From the NCBI GenBank assembly GCA_964016885.1, contig CAXHJY010000713.1, forward strand, positions 1-64,000: a DNA stretch of 64,000 bases, in the 5' to 3' direction. A program made the translations under genes and the position numbers. Positions 38,790 through 52,800 of the stretch are shown here, one piece after another. The notes under the pieces were generated by a model. It had not been told where the DNA came from, made no database searches, and saw only the letters and a program-made list of their open reading frames with translations. Origin of the DNA: Eledone cirrhosa. Its lineage: Eukaryota. Every line of letters starts with the position of its first letter. Position 1 is the first letter of the stretch.

Positions 38790-39720
38790 CGTGTATAGAA
38801 CAGGTAACAGTAACAGAACAATGATAGAACAATAATGATATTAATAATCACTGTTCCAAAGTGGAACAGGCGGAGAGTACATAGTCACGATTCAAGGTGT
38901 ACACATTCAATGTGACGCCCGTCACGGTCGCCATGGGACATGGCACCGTGGCTGGGGTCTTCTGTTCTATACGTTTATTGCACAGGACCGGGTGGCAGTG
39001 GGCCCCGTGTCAGCCGGTCCCGGCCCATGCGGTGTATCTTCCAATGTTGTGTGCCCGGTCACGTGCGCACCCGGTTTACATATGATTGCCCCTCGGGTCG
39101 GACACCGTCAGCATGGCATGGTGTCAGGTCCCCTAATCCCGCCGGGCTAATCGGGTCTGTGCGTACTCATTCCCATGCCCCCTTCCTGCGTCAAACGGCG
39201 GGTTCCATGCTGCAAATGTGCATCTTCTCTGGTGTCTGCATGTCATGATAATTTCAGACTTCAGGTTGACGGCGTCATCCTTCAGTCTGACTATCTCTAT
39301 GGCCTCGTGTAGGCACAATCGGCACTTTCTACATCCGGCCGAATATGCCCTCGTGTGGCGAACGATACTCCATTCCAGGGCGTATGGAGTGCCGTGGTCA
39401 TTCATGTCCCACACAAAGTCCGCTAACCTAGTGGAGTGCATTTTGATACGGTCCCTGAAGGAATTCGTGTGATTATACATCCGCGATTTAAAGGTCGTGG
39501 ATGTTGCGCCGATATAGGTCCGATGCGCCCTTTGGGTTGTAACCACACACTTGTATATTAAGTCTTTCATTAAGCATTTTCCCTGTAGTGGGCACTGGGT
39601 GCCAGCTCTACAGTTGCAAGTTCTGCTGTCATTTCCTGTGCGTCCTATGTCTGGGCCCCGATCTGATATGGCCCTCTCAACGTTCTCAGGGTGTTGCACC
39701 GCCGACACATTTGTCACCCC
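38790..39720 (-). mobile_element. 3' fragment of a second Naiad-like Penelope element (GIY-YIG domain and GC-rich 3' region)
   Basis: ORF 39133-39717: CNCRAGTQCPL (CxCx5C), LIYKC...TYIGAT...RMYNH, CRLC..E, CRH. Confidence 0.85.
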
Positions 39721-40016
39721 CCCATGCCACTATATATCTATATACATGGGTGCTATGATACAGAGGACTTGTAGCTGATGTATATAAAAGACCAGTTGTA
39801 TTTTATGCTGATCTACATGCTGGACATATAGTGAGTGGTACATATACCACATGTAGTAGTATATATAAAACTGCTATATAAATACAGGACATGTGGTTGT
39901 TGGTGTATATTATAACCGGTTGTTTATCAGTTTATAGTTATTGTCAATTTTACACACTGACAGTAATTGGATGTTTATATTTATAAGTCTTTGAAATATT
40001 TCGATATATATCTGTT

Positions 40017-40123
40017 GTCCGGATGGACGAGTGGGCTAAGGCGCCAGTCTCAATGTATAAAATCTTAACTAGAACAATGAATATTCTGGTCAAATAATGT
40101 GGGTTCGATTCCAACTGCTGGCA
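40017..40123 (+). pseudogene. Decayed tRNA-Leu pseudogene (edge unit)
   Basis: Many substitutions and the same 6-nt GTGGGC deletion as the array pseudogenes. Confidence 0.8.
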
Positions 40124-40339
40124 ATCTTTATTGTGCCATTAAGCCTTTATTTTGTTTGTGCAATTAAGAGTCATTTAAAACAAAACATTAAGTTTAATTA
40201 ATAAACGCTGCTTTTAAAATGAACATATCGCATTTCCAAAACATTTTATTCAAACTAAGGTGTAATCTTTGAATTGGTCTCATACTGGTGAGTTTTAACT
40301 AAGACAATGAGAGCTAAAACACCTCATGCTGATGACTGA

Positions 40340-40965
40340 AATGTCTTAATATACCTAATACTGGTCAGTCCTTGCTATAACCAAGACTCACTGAAACACA
40401 TAATACTGGGTAGTCCTTGCTATTCCTAAGACGTCTTAAGACACCTAATGTTGGTCAGTCTTTACTATAACCAAGACGTATTAAAACACACAATAATAGT
40501 CAGTCCTTGCTATAACTAAGACGTCTTAAGACACCTAATGCTGGTCAGTCATTACTATAACCAAGACGTATTAAAACACATAATACTGGTTAGTCCTTGC
40601 TATAACTAAGACACATAATGCTCGTTAGTCTTTACTATAACCAAGACGTATTAAAACACACAATACTGGCCAGTCCTTGCTATAACTAACACGTCTTAAG
40701 ACAACTAATGTTGGTCAGTCTTTACTATACAAGACGCATTAAAACACATAATAGTGGTTAGTCCTTGCTATAACTAAGACACCTAATGCTGGTTAGTCTT
40801 TACTATAAACAAAACGTATTAAAACACACAATACTGGTCAGTCCTTGCTATAATTAACACGTCTTAAGACACCTAATGCTAGTCAGTCTTTACTATAACC
40901 AAGATGTATTAAAACACATACTACTGATCAGCGCTTACTATAACCAATTCATCTTAACACATTAG
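40340..40965. repeat. 45-bp A/B minisatellite (GGTCAGTCCTTGCTATAACTAAGACGTCTTAAGACACCTAATGCT), expanded in the edge unit
   Basis: About 14 copies here versus roughly half that in later units; 33-bp deletion variants occur. Confidence 0.85.
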
Positions 40966-41093
40966 GCTCAAGGTGTAAACCTATAATTTATTTTATATAT
41001 ATTCTACACCATACAGTATATTGTCCATTTTACACACTGCCAGTAGTTGATGTTTATGTTCATATCTTTGAAATAATTCGTTATACCGCAGTT

Positions 41094-41206
41094 GTCAGGA
41101 TGGCCGAGCGGTCCAAGGCGCCAGACTCAAGGTGTAATACCTTAACCAGAACATTGAGTATTCTGGTCCACTAATGTGGGCGTGGGTTCGAATCCCACTT
41201 CTGACA
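41094..41206 (+). tRNA. trnL-CAA: tRNA-Leu(CAA), intron-containing (array unit 1)
   Basis: Intact 113-nt gene, TTTTT terminator. Confidence 0.93.
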
Positions 41207-42012
41207 AATTTTTGTTTTATGTAATTCTTATATTTCTCTCAACATATTTTACCTCTCAAATATATACGTTTCTTGTTTATGTATTTATCAGAGTGATATT
41301 CAGTCTTACTTTAAATAATTATATACAGAAACATGTGGTATCAGTTGTATATATGATAATTGGTTTTATATATGAAAACATTATATACACACAACATATA
41401 TCTATATACATGGGTGATATGATACAGAGGACTTGTAGCTTATGTATATAAAAGCACCAGTTGTATTTTATGCTGTTCTACATGCTGGACATGTAGTGTG
41501 TGGTACATATACCACATGTAAGAGTATATATAAAACTGCTATATATACAGGACATATGGTTGTTGGTGTATATTATAACTGTTTATAGTTATCAATTATA
41601 TTCATACAAATCAATTATTCATTACAACAAATTACAATATATTTTAATCATTATCAACCATAATTAATTATTAATATTCTCTCTCACTAATAAATCATTC
41701 TAAATTATCATATACTAAATACCTGTAGATACCTGGATAAGACATAATCTGATTTCCCATGTATGTTGTAATCTTTTTCTCTGCCGATGAGCAAGACGTC
41801 TTAAATACCTAATTCTGAAGACAAAGGTGTCTTAAAACATGTAACTCTGGTCAATTCTTACTAAGACAAAGATGTTGTAAGACCTCAAGGTGTAAATCTA
41901 TAATATAATTGATATGTATTCTACACCATCAGTATATTGTAATTTTTACACACTGACAGTAATTGGATGTTTATGTTTATAAGTCTTTGAAATATTTCAT
42001 CATACATCGGTT

Positions 42013-42118
42013 GTCAGGATGGCCGAGTGGTCTAAGGCGCAAACCACAGGTGTAACACTTTGACCAGAACATTGAGTTTTCTGGTCCACTAATGTGGTTT
42101 CGAATGCAGCTTCTGACA
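42013..42118 (+). pseudogene. tRNA-Leu pseudogene (unit 1)
   Basis: 106 nt; disrupted anticodon arm, 6-nt deletion at the T-stem. Confidence 0.85.
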
Positions 42119-42782
42119 ATTTTTTTGCGTCCATTAAGCCTTTATTTTGCTTGTGCAATTAAGAGTCATTTAAAACAAGACATTAACTTTAATTAATAAA
42201 CGCTGCTTTTAAAATGAACATATCGCATTTCCAAACATTTTATTCAAACTAATGTGCAATCTTTGAATTGGTCTCATACTGGTGTGTTTTAACTAAGTCA
42301 ATGAGAGATAAAACACCTCATGCTGATGACTAAAATGTCTTAATATACCTAATACTTGTCAGTTCTTGCTATAACTAAGACGTCTTAAGACACTTAATGT
42401 TGGTCAGTCTTTACTATACAAGACGGATTAAAACACATAATATTGGTTAGTCCTTGCTATAACTAAGACACCTAATGTTGGTTAGTCTTTACTATAAACA
42501 AGACGCATTAAAACACACAATATTGGTCAGTCCTTGCTATAACTAACACGTCTTAAGACACCTAATGATAGTCAGTCTTTACTATAACCAAGATGTATTA
42601 AAACACATACTACTGATCAGCGCTTACTATAACCAATACATCTTAACACACTAAGATGAAGGTGTAAATCTATAATTTATTTTATATGTATTCTACACCA
42701 TACAGTATATTGTCCATTTTACACACTGTCAGTAGTTGATGTTTATGTTCATATCTTTGAAATAATTCGTTATACCGCAGTT

Positions 42783-42895
42783 GTCAGGATGGCCGAGCGG
42801 TCCAAGGCGCCAGACTCAAGGTGTAGTACCTTATTCAGAACATTGAGTATTCTGGTCCACTAATGTGGGCGTGGGTTCGAATCCCACTTCTGACA
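42783..42895 (+). tRNA. trnL-CAA: tRNA-Leu(CAA) (unit 2)
   Basis: Intact exons; changes confined to the intron. Confidence 0.93.
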
Positions 42896-43701
42896 AATTT
42901 TTGTTTTATGTAATTCTTATATTTCTCTCAACATATTTTACCTCTCAAATATATACGTTTCTTGTTTATGTATTTATCAGAGTGATATTCAGTCTTACTT
43001 TAAATAATTATATACAGAAACATGTGGTATCAGTTGTATATATGATAATTGGTTTTATATATGAAAACATTATATACACACAACATATATCTATATACAT
43101 GGGTGATATGATACAGAGGAATTGTAGTTGATGTATATAAAAGCACCAGTTGTATTTTATGCTGTTCTACATGCTGGACATGTAGTGAGTGGTACATATA
43201 CCACATGTTGTAGTAGATATAAAACTGCTATATATACAGGACATGTGGTTGTTGGTGTATATTATAACTGTTTATACTGATCAATTATATTCATACAAAT
43301 CAATTATTCATTACAACAAATTACAATATATTTTAATCATTATCAACCATAATTAATTATTAATATGCTCTCTTACTAATAAGTCATTCTAAATTATCAT
43401 ATACTAAATACCTGTAGATACCTGGATAAGACATAATCTGATTTCCCATGTATGTGGTAATCTTTTTCTCTGCCGATGAGCAAGATGTCTTAAATACCTA
43501 ATTCTGAAGACAAAGGTGTCTTAAAACATGTAACTCTGGTCAATGCTTACTAAGACAAAGATGTTGTAAGACCCCAAGGTGTAAATCTATAATATAATTG
43601 ATATGAATTCTACACCATCAGTATATCGTAATTTTTACACACTGACAGTAATTGCATGTTTATGTTTATAAGTCTTTGAAATATTTCGTCATACATCGGT
43701 T

Positions 43702-43807
43702 GTCAGGATTGTCGAGTGGTCTAAGGCGCAAACCATAGGTGTTATACCTTGACCAGAACATTGAGTTTTCTGGTCCACTAATGTGGTTTCGAATGCAGCT
43801 TCTGACA
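43702..43807 (+). pseudogene. tRNA-Leu pseudogene (unit 2)
   Basis: Same lesions as unit 1. Confidence 0.85.
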
Positions 43808-44473
43808 ATTGTTTTGCGTCCATTAAGCCTTTATTTTGTTTGTGCAATTAAGAGTCATTTAAAACAAAACATTATGCTTAATTAATAAACGCTGCTTTTA
43901 AAATGAACATATCGCATTTCCAAACATTTTATTCAAACTAAGGTGCAATCTTTGAATTGGTCTCATACTGGTGAGTTTTAACTAAGTCAATGAGAGATAA
44001 AACACCTCATGCTGATGACTGAAATGTCTTAATATACCTAATACTTGTCAGTTCTTGCTATAAATGAGACGTCTTAAGACACTTAATGTTGGTCAGTCTT
44101 TACTATAACCAAGACGGATTAAAATACATAATACTGGTTAGTCCTTGCTATAACTAAGACACCTAATGTTGGTTAGTCTTTACTATAAACAAGACGTATT
44201 AAAACACACAATATTGGTTAGTCCTTGCTATAACTAACACGTCTTAAGACACCTAATGCTAGTCAGTCTTTACTATAACCAAGATGTATTAAAACACATA
44301 CTACTGATCAGCGCTTACTATAACCAATACATCTTAACACACTAAGCTGAAGGTGTAAACCTATAATTTATTTTATATGTATTCTACACCATACAGTATA
44401 TTGTCCATTTTACACACTGCCAGTAGTTGATGTTTATGTTCATGTCTTTGAAATAATTCGATGTACAGCAGTT

Positions 44474-44586
44474 GTCAGGATGGCCGAGCGGTCCAAGGCG
44501 CCAGACTCAAGGTGTAGTACCTTAACCAGAACATTGAGTATTCTGGTCCACTAATGTGGGCGTGGGTTCGAATCCCACTTCTGACA
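44474..44586 (+). tRNA. trnL-CAA: tRNA-Leu(CAA) (unit 3)
   Basis: Intact exons. Confidence 0.93.
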
Positions 44587-45391
44587 AATTTTTGTTTTAT
44601 GTAATTCTTATATTTCTCTCAACATATTTTACCTCTCAAATATATACGTTTCTTGTTTATGTATTTATCAGAGTGAAATTCAGGCTTACTTTAAATAATT
44701 ATATACAGAAACATGTGGTATCAGTTGTATATATGATAATTGGTTTTATATATGAAAACATTATATACACACACCATATATCTATATACATAGGTGATAT
44801 GATACAGAGGACATGTAGCAGATGTATATAAAAGCACCAGTTGTATGTTATGCTGTTCTACATACTGGACATGTAGTGAGTGGTACATATACCACATGTA
44901 GTAGTATATATAAAACTGCTATATATACAGGACATGTGGTTGTTGGTGTATATTATAACTGTTTATAGTTATCAATTATATTCATACAAATCAATTATTC
45001 ATTACAACAAATTACAATATATTTTAATCATTATCAACCATAATTAATTATTAATATTCGCTCTTACTAATAAATCATTCTAAATTATCATATACTAAAT
45101 ACCTGTAGATACCTGGAAAAGACATAATCTGATTTCCCATGTATGTTGTAATGTTTTTCTCTGCCGATGAGCAAGACGTCTTAAATACCTAATTCTGAAG
45201 ACAAAGGTGTCTTAAAACATGTAACTCTGGTCAATTCTTACTAAGACACAGATGTTGTAAGACCTCAAGGTGTAAATCTATAATATAATTGATATGTATT
45301 CTACACCATCAGTATATTGTCAATTTTACACACTGACAGTATTGGATGTTTATGTTTATAAGTCTTTGAAATATTTCGTCATACATCGGTT

Positions 45392-45479
45392 GTCAGGATA
45401 GCCGAGTCGTCTAAGGCGCCAACCACAGAACATTGAATATTCTTGTCCACTAATGTGGTTTCGAATCCACCCTCTGACA
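45392..45479 (+). pseudogene. tRNA-Leu pseudogene (unit 3) with an extra 18-nt deletion
   Basis: Deletion between CAG microhomologies. Confidence 0.85.
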
Positions 45480-46144
45480 ATTTTTTCGTGCCATTAAGCC
45501 TTTACTTTGTTTCTGCAATTAAGGGTCATTTAAAACAAAACATTAAGTTTAATTAATAAACGCTGCTTTTAAAATGAACATATCGCATTTCCAAACATTT
45601 TATTCAAACTAAGGTGCAATCTTTGAATTGGTCTCATACTGGTGAGTTTTAACTAAGACAATGAGAGATAAAACACCTCATGCTGATGACTGAAATGTTT
45701 TAATATACCTAATACTTGTCAGTTCTTGCTATAACTAAGACGTCTTAAGACACTTAATGTTGGTCAGTCTTTACTATAACCAAGACGCATTAAAACACAT
45801 AATACTAGTTAGTCCTTGCTATAACTAAGACACCTAATGCTGGTTAGTCTTTACTATAAACAAGACGTATTAAAACACACAATACTGGTCAGTCCTTGCT
45901 ACAACTGACACGTCTTAAGACACCTAATGATAGTCAGTCTTTACTATAACCAAGATATATTAAAACACATACTACTGATCAGCGCTTACTATAACCAATA
46001 CATCTTAACACACTAAGCTGAAGGTGTAAACCTATAATTTATTTTATATGTATTCTACACCATACAGTATATTGTCCATTTTACACACTGCCAGTAGTTG
46101 GTGTTTATGTTCATATCTTTGAAATAATTCGTTATACCGCAGTT

Positions 46145-46257
46145 GTCAGGATGGCCGAGCGGTCCAAGGCGCCAGACTCAAGGTGTAGTACCTTATCCAG
46201 AACATTGAGTATTCTGGTCCACTAATGTGGGCGTGGGTTCGAATCCCACTTCTGACA
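46145..46257 (+). tRNA. trnL-CAA: tRNA-Leu(CAA) (unit 4)
   Basis: Intact exons. Confidence 0.93.
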
Positions 46258-47061
46258 AATTTTTGTTTTATGTAATTCTTATATTTCTCTCAACATATTT
46301 TACCTCTCAAATATATACGTTTCTTGTTTATGTATTTATCAGAGTGAAATTCAGTCTTACTTTAAATAATTATATACAGAAACATGTGGTATCAGTTATA
46401 AATATGATAATTGGTTTTATATGTGAAAACATTATATACACACAACATATATCTATATACATGGGTGATATGATACAGAGGACTTGTAGCTGATGTATAT
46501 AAAAGCACCAGTTGTATTTTATGCTGTTCTACATGCTGGACATGTAGTGAGTGGTACATATACCACATGTAGTAGTATATATAAAACTTCTATATATACA
46601 GGACATGTGGTTGTTGGTGTATATTATAACTGTTTATAGTTATCAATTATATTCATACAAATCAATTATTCATTACAACAAATTACAATATATTTTAATC
46701 ATTATCAACCATAATTAATTATTAATATTCTCTCTTACTAATAAATCATTCTAAATTATCATATACTAAATACCTGTAGATACCTGGATAAGCCATAATG
46801 TTATGTCCCATGTATGTTGTAATGTTTTTCTCCGCCGACGAGCAAGACATCTTAAATACCTATTTCTGAAGACAAAGGTGTCTTAAAACATGTAACTGGT
46901 CAGTTCTTACTAAGACACAGATGTTGTAAGACCTCAAGGTGTAAATCTATAATATAATTGATATGAATTCTACACCATCAGTATATTGTAATTTTTACAC
47001 ACTGACAGTAATTGGATGTTTATGTTTATAAGTCTTTGAAATATTTCATCATACATCGGTT

Positions 47062-47167
47062 GTCAGGATGGCCGAGTCGTCTAAGGCGCCAACCACAGGT
47101 GTTATACCTTGACCAGAACATTGAGTTTTCTGGTCCACTAATGTGGTTTCGAATACTGCTTCTGACA
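47062..47167 (+). pseudogene. tRNA-Leu pseudogene (unit 4)
   Basis: Shared lesions; type Y. Confidence 0.85.
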
Positions 47168-47807
47168 ATTGTTTTGGGTCCATTAAGCCTTTATTTTGTT
47201 TGTGCAATTAAGAGTCATTTAAAACAAGACATTATGTTTAATTAATAAACGCTGCTTTTAAAATGAACATATCGCATTTCCAAACATTTTATTCAAACTA
47301 AGGTGCAACCTTTGAATTTGTCTCATACTGGTGTGTTTTAACTAAGACAATGAGAGATAAAACACCTCATACTGATGACTAAAATGTCATAATATACCTA
47401 ATACTGGTCTGTTCTTGCTATAACTAAGACGTCTTAAGACACTTAAGACGCATTAAAACACATAATACTGGGTAGACCTTGCTATAACTAAGACACCTAA
47501 TGTTGGTTAGTCTTTACTATAAACAAGACGTATTAAAACACACAATATTGGTCAGTCCTTGCTATAATTAACACGTCTTAAGACACCTAATGATAGTCAG
47601 TCTTTACTATAACCAAGATGTATTAAAACACATACTACTGATCAGCGCTTACTATAACCAATACATCTTAACACACTAAGCTGAAGGTGTAAACCTATAA
47701 TTTATTTTATATGTATTCTACACCATACAGTATAATGTCCATTTTACACACTGCCAGTAGTTGATGTTTATGTTCATGTCTTTGAAATAATTCGTTATAC
47801 CGCAGTT

Positions 47808-47920
47808 GTCGGGATGGCCGAGCGGTCCAAGGCGCCAGACTCAAGGTGTAGTACCTTAACCAGAACATTGAGTATTCTGGTCCACTAATGTGGGCGTGGG
47901 TTCGAATCCCACTTCTGACA
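47808..47920 (+). tRNA. trnL-CAA: tRNA-Leu(CAA) (unit 5), A4G variant
   Basis: GTCGGGA gives a G.U pair in the acceptor stem. Confidence 0.85.
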
Positions 47921-48726
47921 AATTTTTGTTTTATGTAATTCTTATATTTCTCTCAACATATTTTACCTCTCAAATATATACGTTTCTTGTTTATGTATTT
48001 ATCAGAGTGATATTCAGTCTTACTTTAAATACTTATATACAGAAACATGTGGTATCAGTTGTATATATGATAATTGGTTTTATATATGAAAACATTATAT
48101 ACACACAACATATATCTATATACATGGGTGATATGATACAGAGGACTTGTAGCTGATGTATATAAAAGCATCAGTTGTATTTTATGCTGTTCTACATGCT
48201 GGACATGTAGTGAGTGGTACATATACCACATGTAGTAGTATATATAAAACTGCTATATATACAGGACATGTGGTTGTTGGTGTATATTATAACTGTTTAT
48301 AGTTATCAATTATATTCATACAAATCAATTATTCATTACAACAAATTACAATATATTTTAATCATTATCAACCATAATTAATTATTAATATTCTCTCTTA
48401 CTAATAAATCATTCTAAATTATCATATACTAAATACCTGTAGATACCTGGATAAGACATAATCTGATTTCCCATGTATGTTGTAATGTTTTTCTCTGCCG
48501 ATGAGCAAGACGTCTTAAATACCTAATTCTGAAGACAAAGGTGTCTTAAAACATGTAACTCTGGTCAGTTCTTACTAAGACACAGATGTTGTAAGACCTC
48601 AAGATGTAAATCTATAATATAATTGATATGTATTCTACACCATCAGTATATTGTCAATTTTACACACTGACAGTAATTGGATGTTTATGTTTATAAGTCT
48701 TTGAAATATTTCGTCATACATCGGTT

Positions 48727-48832
48727 GTCAGGAATGTCGAGTGGTCTAAGGCGCAAACCACAGGTGTAATACTTTGACCAGAACATTGAGTTTTCTGGTC
48801 CACTAATGTGGTTTCGAATGCAGCTTCTGACA
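48727..48832 (+). pseudogene. tRNA-Leu pseudogene (unit 5)
   Basis: Shared lesions; type X. Confidence 0.85.
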
Positions 48833-49472
48833 ATTTTTTTGCGTCCATTAAGACTTTATTTTGCTTGTGCAATTAAGAGTCATTTAAAACAAAACATTAA
48901 CTTTAATTAATAAACGCTGCTTTTAAAATGAACATATCGCATTTCCAAACAATTTATTCAAATTAAGGCGCAATCTTTGAATTGGTCTCATACTGGTGAG
49001 TTTTAACTAAGACAATGAGAGCTAAAACACCTCATGCTGATGACTGAAATGTCTTAATATACCTAATATTGTTCTGTTCTTGCTATAACTAAGACGTCTT
49101 AAGACACTTAAGACGCATTAAAACACATAATACTGGGTAGACCTTGCTATAACTAAGACACCTAATGCTGGTTAGTCTTTACTATAAACAAGACGTATTA
49201 AAACACACAATACTGGTCAGTCCTTACTATAATTAACACGTCTAAAGACACCTAATGATAGTCAGTCTTTACTATAACCAAGATGTATTAAAACACATAC
49301 TACTGATCAGCGCTTACTATAACCAATACATCTTAACACACTAAGCTGAAGGTGTAAACCTATAATTTATTTTATATGTATTCTACACCATACAGTATAT
49401 TGTCCATTTTACACACTGCCTGTAGTTGATGTTTATGTTCATGTCTTTGAAATAATTCGTTATACCGCAGTT

Positions 49473-49585
49473 GTCAGGATGGCCGAGCGGTCCAAGGCGC
49501 CAGACTCAAGGTGTAATACCTTAACCAGAACATTGAGTATTCTGGTCCACTAATGTGGGCGTGGGTTCGAATCCCACTTCTGACA
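49473..49585 (+). tRNA. trnL-CAA: tRNA-Leu(CAA) (unit 6)
   Basis: Intact exons. Confidence 0.93.
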
Positions 49586-50389
49586 AATTTTTGTTTTATG
49601 TAATTCTTATATTTCTCTCAACATATTTTACCTCTCAAATATATACGTTTCTTGTTTATGTATTTATCAGAGTGATATTCAGTCTTACTTTAAATAATTA
49701 TATACAGAAACATGTGGTATCAGTTGTATATATGATAATTGGTTTTATATATGAAAACATTATATACACACAACATATATCTATATACATGGGTGATATG
49801 ATACAGAGGACTTGTAGCTGATGTATATAAAAGCACCAGTTGTATTTTATGCTGTTCTACATGCTGGACATGTAGTGAGTGGTACATATACCACATGTAG
49901 TAGTATATAAAAAACTGCTATATATACAGGACATGTGGTTGTTGGTGTATATTATAACTGTTTATAGTTAGCAATTATATTCATACAAATCAATTATTCA
50001 TTACAACAAATTACAATATATTTTAATCATTATCAACCATAATTAATTATTAATATTCTCTCTTACTAATAAATCATTCTAAATTATCATATACTAAATA
50101 CCTGTAGATACCTGGATAAGCCATAATGTTATGTCCCATGTATGTTGTAATGTTTTTCTCCGCCGACGAGCAAGACATCTTAAATACCTATTTCTGAAGA
50201 CAAAGGTGTCTTAAAACATGTAACTGGTCAGTTCTTACTAAGACACAGATGTTGTAAGACCTCAAGGTGTAAATCTATAATATAATTGATATGAATTCTA
50301 CACCATCAGTATATTGTAATTTTTACACACTGACAGTAATTGGATGTTTATGTTTATAAGTCTTTGAAATATTTCATCATACATCGGTT

Positions 50390-50495
50390 GTCAGGATGGC
50401 CGAGTCGTCTAAGGCGCCAACCACAGGTGTTATACCTTGACCAGAACATTGAGTTTTCTGGTCCACTAATGTGGTTTCGAATACTGCTTCTGACA
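50390..50495 (+). pseudogene. tRNA-Leu pseudogene (unit 6)
   Basis: Type Y. Confidence 0.85.
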
Positions 50496-51135
50496 ATTGT
50501 TTTGGGTCCATTAAGCCTTTATTTTGTTTGTGCAATTAAGAGTCATTTAAAACAAGACATTATGTTTAATTAATAAACGCTGCTTTTAAAATGAACATAT
50601 CGCATTTCCAAACATTTTATTCAAACTAAGGTGCGACCTTTGAATTTGTCTCATACTGGTGTGTTTTAACTAAGACAATGAGAGATAAAACACCTCATAC
50701 TGATGACTAAAATGTCATAATATACCTAATACTGGTCTGTTCTTGCTATAACTAAGACGTCTTAAGACACTTAAGACGCATTAAAACACATAATACTGGG
50801 TAGACCTTGCTATAACTAAGACACCTAATGTTGGTTAGTCTTTACTATAAACAAGACGTATTAAAACACACAATATTGGTCAGTCCTTGCTATAATTAAC
50901 ACGTCTTAAGACACCTAATGATAGTCAGTCTTTACTATAACCAAGATGTATTAAAACACATACTACTGATCAGCGCTTACTATAACCAATACATCTTAAC
51001 ACACTAAGCTGAAGGTGTAAACCTATAATTTATTTTATATGTATTCTACACCATACAGTATAATGTCCATTTTACACACTGCCAGTAGTTGATGTTTATG
51101 TTCATGTCTTTGAAATAATTCGTTATACCGCAGTT

Positions 51136-51248
51136 GTCAGGATGGCCGAGCGGTCCAAGGCGCCAGACTCAAGGTGTAGTACCTTAACCAGAACATTGAG
51201 TATTCTGGTCCACTAATGTGGGCGTGGGTTCGAATCCCACTTCTGACA
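51136..51248 (+). tRNA. trnL-CAA: tRNA-Leu(CAA) (unit 7)
   Basis: Intact exons. Confidence 0.93.
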
Positions 51249-52054
51249 AATTTTTGTTTTATGTAATTCTTATATTTCTCTCAACATATTTTACCTCTCA
51301 AATATATACGTTTCTTGTTTATGTATTTATCAGAGTGATATTCAGTCTTACTTTAAATAATTATATACAGAAACATGTGGTATCAGTTGTATATATGATA
51401 ATTGGTTTTATATATGAAAACATTATATACACACAACATATATCTATATACATGGGTGATATGATACAGAGGACTTGTAGCTGATGTATATAAAAGCATC
51501 AGTTGTATTTTATGCTGTTCTACATGCTGGACATGTAGTGAGTTGTACATATACCACATGTAGTAGTATATATAAAACTGCTATATATACAGGACATGTG
51601 GTTGTTGGTGTATATTATAACTGTTTATAGTTATCAATTATATTCATACAAATCAATTATTCATTACAACAAATTACAATATATTTTAATCATTATCAAC
51701 CATAATTAATTATTAATATTCTCTCTTACTAATAAATCATTCTAAATTATCATATACTAAATACCTGTAGATACCTGGATAAGACATAATCTGATTTCCC
51801 ATGTATGTTGTAATCTTTTTCTCTGCCGATGAGCAAGACGTCTTAAATACCTAATTCTGAAGACAAAGGTGTCTTAAAACATGTAACTCTGGTCAGTTCT
51901 TACTAAGACACAGATGTTGTAAGACCTCAAGATGTAAATCTATAATATAATTGATATGTATTCTACACCATCAGTATATTGTCAATTTTACACACTGACA
52001 GTAATTGGATGTTTATGTTTATAAGTCTTTGAAATATTTCGTCATACATCGGTT

Positions 52055-52160
52055 GTCAGGAATGTCGAGTGGTCTAAGGCGCAAACCACAGGTGTAATAC
52101 TTTGACCAGAACATTGAGTTTTCTGGTCCACTAATGTGGTTTCGAATGCAGCTTCTGACA
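52055..52160 (+). pseudogene. tRNA-Leu pseudogene (unit 7)
   Basis: Type X. Confidence 0.85.
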
Positions 52161-52800
52161 ATTTTTTTGCGTCCATTAAGACTTTATTTTGCTTGTGCAA
52201 TTAAGAGTCATTTAAAACAAAACATTAACTTTAATTAATAAACGCTGCTTTTAAAATGAACATATCGCATTTCCAAACAATTTATTCAAATTAAGGCGCA
52301 ATCTTTGAATTGGTCTCAAACTGGTGAGTTTTAACTAAGACAATGAGAGCTAAAACACCTCATGCTGATGACTGAAATGTCTTAATATACCTAATATTGT
52401 TCTGTTCTTGCTATAACTAAGACGTCTTAAGACACTTAAGACGCATTAAAACACATAATACTGGGTAGACCTTGCTATAACTAAGACACCTAATGCTGGT
52501 TAGTCTTTACTATAAACAAGACGTATTAAAACACACAATACTGGTCAGTCCTTACTATAATTAACACGTCTAAAGACACCTAATGATAGTCAGTCTTTAC
52601 TATAACCAAGATGTATTAAAACACATACTACTGATCAGCGCTTACTATAACCAATACATCTTAACACACTAAGCTGAAGGTGTAAACCTATAATTTATTT
52701 TATATGTATTCTACACCATACAGTATATTGTCCATTTTACACACTGCCAGTAGTTGATGTTTATGTTCATGTCTTTGAAATAATTCGTTATACCGCAGTT

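Noticed and set aside
40328-40350. CTGATGA-CT-GAAA-TGTC in array units (and CTGAAGA...AAAACATGTA) resembling hammerhead cores
   Set aside because: No room for stem II or III, and GAAA is not conserved among units.
40340-40965. CRISPR-like appearance of the palindromic 45-bp repeats
   Set aside because: Head-to-tail repeats with no unique spacers, no cas genes, and a eukaryotic context.
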